64,000 nt of DNA from Amoebidium appalachense (lineage: Eukaryota > Protista > Ichthyosporea), in the NCBI GenBank assembly GCA_963693365.1, contig CAVNZM010000012.1:3359117-3423116 (forward strand), read 5' to 3'. Under the pieces are notes generated by a model that was not told where the DNA came from, searched no databases, and saw nothing but the letters and a program-made list of their open reading frames with translations. Each line of letters begins with the position of its first letter. The first letter of the stretch is position 1. The position numbers and the translations under genes are program-made. Shown in pieces: positions 61,583 through 64,000 of the stretch.

Positions 61583-61975
61583 ATGAGAAAACACGATAAA
61601 CAAGAATTAATATATGTAACAGAAGAGAAAACGAAAGGTAGAGAAATATTTAAGAAGGTGTATGGGATAGGAGAAAAGGAATATGCAACAATAAGTGTAG
61701 AATTAGGATTGTCAAGCAATCAAGGTAGAGGAGTAACGTCATATGAAAGAAGTCAAATTGACAATTATATTAAGAGACGTATGAAGTTTACAACATTAAT
61801 TACAAATGACTTTCATATTAAACCTATTGAACAAAATTTAAGAGCTGCTACTAATTCTAAGATTTTAACTTTACAAAACATTAAAACATATAAAGGTATT
61901 CGCCATAAAAAGGGATTACCAGTAAATGGACAACGTACTAAAACTAATGCTGTTTCGGCTAGACGTAAAAGATAA
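61583..61975 (+). CDS. rps13: Mitochondrial ribosomal protein S13
   Basis: VYGIG and YKGIRHKKGLPVNGQRTKTNA signatures. Confidence 0.92.
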   Translation: MRKHDKQELIYVTEEKTKGREIFKKVYGIGEKEYATISVELGLSSNQGRGVTSYERSQIDNYIKRRMKFTTLITNDFHIKPIEQNLRAATNSKILTLQNIKTYKGIRHKKGLPVNGQRTKTNAVSARRKR

Positions 61976-62035
61976 CTAGTTTATCTTAACAAACAAGTAA
62001 TACCTTTAGAGGTTAGAATTTAGGTAATAATAAAG

Positions 62036-62785
62036 ATGATAATAGGATCACCATTAGAACAATTTGTAATAAATCCATTAGTAAGCATATCAATGATAGG
62101 AATAGATCTATCAATAACGAATTCATCATTAACGATGATAATAGCCATAATATTAATAATAACAGCATATAAATTAAGCATAGAAAGAGGGTACATCGTA
62201 CCAACTAGAATACAATCTGTAGTAGAAATCTTATACGAGACTGTTTATGGATTAATTAAAGATAACATCGGAGAAAAAGGTAATGCTTATTTTCCCTTTA
62301 TCTTTACTTTATTCACATATATAGTAGTTTTAAACTTAATGGGAATGGTTCCTTATGTATTTAGTGCTACTGCTCACATTAGTGTTGCTTTAGCTTTATC
62401 ATTTGGAATTTGATTCGGAGTTACCTTACGTGGATTTAGTCTTCACGGTATTAACTTCTTAAGCATGTTCATGCCACAAGGAGCTCCAATGGCTCTTGCT
62501 CCTTTATTAGTAATGATTGAATTAGTAAGTTATTCAGCTAGAGCAATCTCATTAGGTGTTCGTCTTGCTGCCAACGTGAGTTCCGGACATCTTTTACTTG
62601 CTATTCTAAGCGGGTTTGCTTGAACAATGTTAAGTACAGGAGGTATTTTAGCGGCAGTTAGTATCTTACCAGCATTAGTCGTATTTGCTATGTCTGGATT
62701 AGAATTAGCCGTTGCGGTTATTCAAGCTTATGTTTTCACACTCTTAACTTGTATTTATATTAACGATGCTATTCATTTACATTAA
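62036..62785 (+). CDS. atp6: ATP synthase F0 subunit a (249 aa with TGA=Trp)
   Basis: [21 protein letters not shown]-like segment, [24 protein letters not shown]; TGA at 62411 and 62621. Confidence 0.97.
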
Positions 62786-63047
62786 TTTTATATTATAACT
62801 CTATCTCTCCTCGATGAGAGACTAATTCAATGCAATAAATAGGCTTGAAACCGCTATATTTTAAAGATAATGTAACTATTTACTTGTAGACTTGTGCAAC
62901 TTTGTTAATTTAACGGCTAGGTACCAAATGTCAAAGTGCAATAACCTAGTTATAAATAAACTTAGTTATGGCCAACGCATTGAAACATTTAACTGTTTTA
63001 ACTAAATCCCAGTCCAAAAAGCTTTTTGCTTCTAGATTGTATGCCCT

Positions 63048-63525
63048 GAGTGGTAGCGGAAGAATCTGAATTTATTGAATTGATCTGAGAAGGTATTAGT
63101 TAATTATTTAACACATTAATTCAGATGTGGTACCCGGTTCTTCATTCTTTAGAGAGCCTGATGTTTAAATTCAGCTGCTAAATGTAGACATGAGTAAACA
63201 AAAATCAGTGGATTGAAAGTCTAAGACGTAGATATTGGATAAAAGATCTGTGTCACTTACTTGCCCAAAGTTTTAGATTGATTGCGCGGAGTGGTAGCGG
63301 AAGAATCTGAATTTATTGAATTGATCTGAGAAGGTCCTAGTCAATTATTTAATACATTAATTCAGATGTGGTACCCGGTTCTTTAGAGAGCCTGATGTGT
63401 AAATTCCGCTGCTAAATGTAGACATGAGTAAACAAAAATCAGTGGATTGAAATCTGAGACGTAGATATTGGATAAAAGATCTGTGTCACTTACTTGCCCA
63501 AAGTTTTAGATTGATTGCGCAGAGT
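63048..63525. repeat. ~240-bp tandem duplication in mitochondrial non-coding DNA
   Basis: GAGTGGTAGCGGAAGAATCTG...GATTGATTGCGC at 63048 and 63289. Confidence 0.88.
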
Positions 63526-64000
63526 GTAACAGCTCGTAAGAGAAAGCAAAAGCTTTATTCAATGGAAGAACTAAAATAGCAAGAAAATCGTAATGGTATT
63601 TAGGGCCCTATTACTTTAATGTCAATCTAATTATAAAGCTCTTTAGAGTATCACTACTCTAATGACAATGGCTTCGTATTCAAGAAACAATTCTAGTATA
63701 AAGGCTCTACTGAGACTCTAGTACTAACTCGCAACTCGTTTAGTCCTTGCAACTCGTTGAGTAGTTTCAATCTGACACCAGTGGATAGACGTTAATGCGT
63801 TAAAGCATGGATGGGATGTTATTACAGAAACACGGCACAAATAATACCATAATTTTAGGTAAAGTATGTACTGCTTGAGGAATTATTATTATCAATATAG
63901 GCATTTTATATAGGGTGAATTGTCGTTTGATTTCAAATTAGATCTGTATTGCTTGATAAAATAGTATCGTAGAGCATGGGAGAGTGCAATTAACACAATG

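Larger units (their letters stand above)
61324..64000. other. Mitochondrial DNA (NUMT or chimeric join)
   Basis: Abrupt shift to AT-rich sequence; rps13 and atp6 with in-frame TGA at Trp positions. Confidence 0.9.

Noticed and set aside
62411-62413. Premature stop making atp6 a pseudogene
   Set aside because: TGA falls at Trp-compatible positions and the frame continues to 62785; this is the mitochondrial code.

Overview
Eukaryotic nuclear DNA, rich in microsatellites and made almost entirely of nested mobile elements. No intact host gene is evident. The centrepiece (~11.4-47.9 kb) is a GC-rich endogenous Polinton-like/adintovirus-type dsDNA virus, truncated at its left end. It encodes protein-primed PolB with an inserted Vsr-like nuclease, a VLTF3-like late transcription factor, a double-jelly-roll major capsid protein, a penton, an A32-like packaging ATPase, a retroviral-type integrase, a phage-type N6-adenine methyltransferase, three proteins sharing a fibre-anchor-like N-terminus, a candidate SSB and several orphans. 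Its genes appear to use two promoter classes: CCAAT/TATA, and an A6TGTG motif. Three LTR elements with exact target-site duplications have inserted into the virus: a Copia-type TRIM in PolB, a full-length Copia with matching LTRs in the integrase, and a non-autonomous Gypsy-like element in a promoter. Left of the virus is a full-length APE-RT LINE beside a 183-bp satellite. Right of it are a decayed Ngaro/PAT-like tyrosine-recombinase retroelement with tRNA-like genes in its repeats, a THAP/P-element transposase split by an AT-TSD TIR element, and mitochondrial DNA (rps13, atp6; TGA=Trp). A unicellular holozoan such as an ichthyosporean (Amoebidium-like) is an inferred host, not a demonstrated one. 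Many frameshifts sit in homopolymer runs and may be long-read errors.
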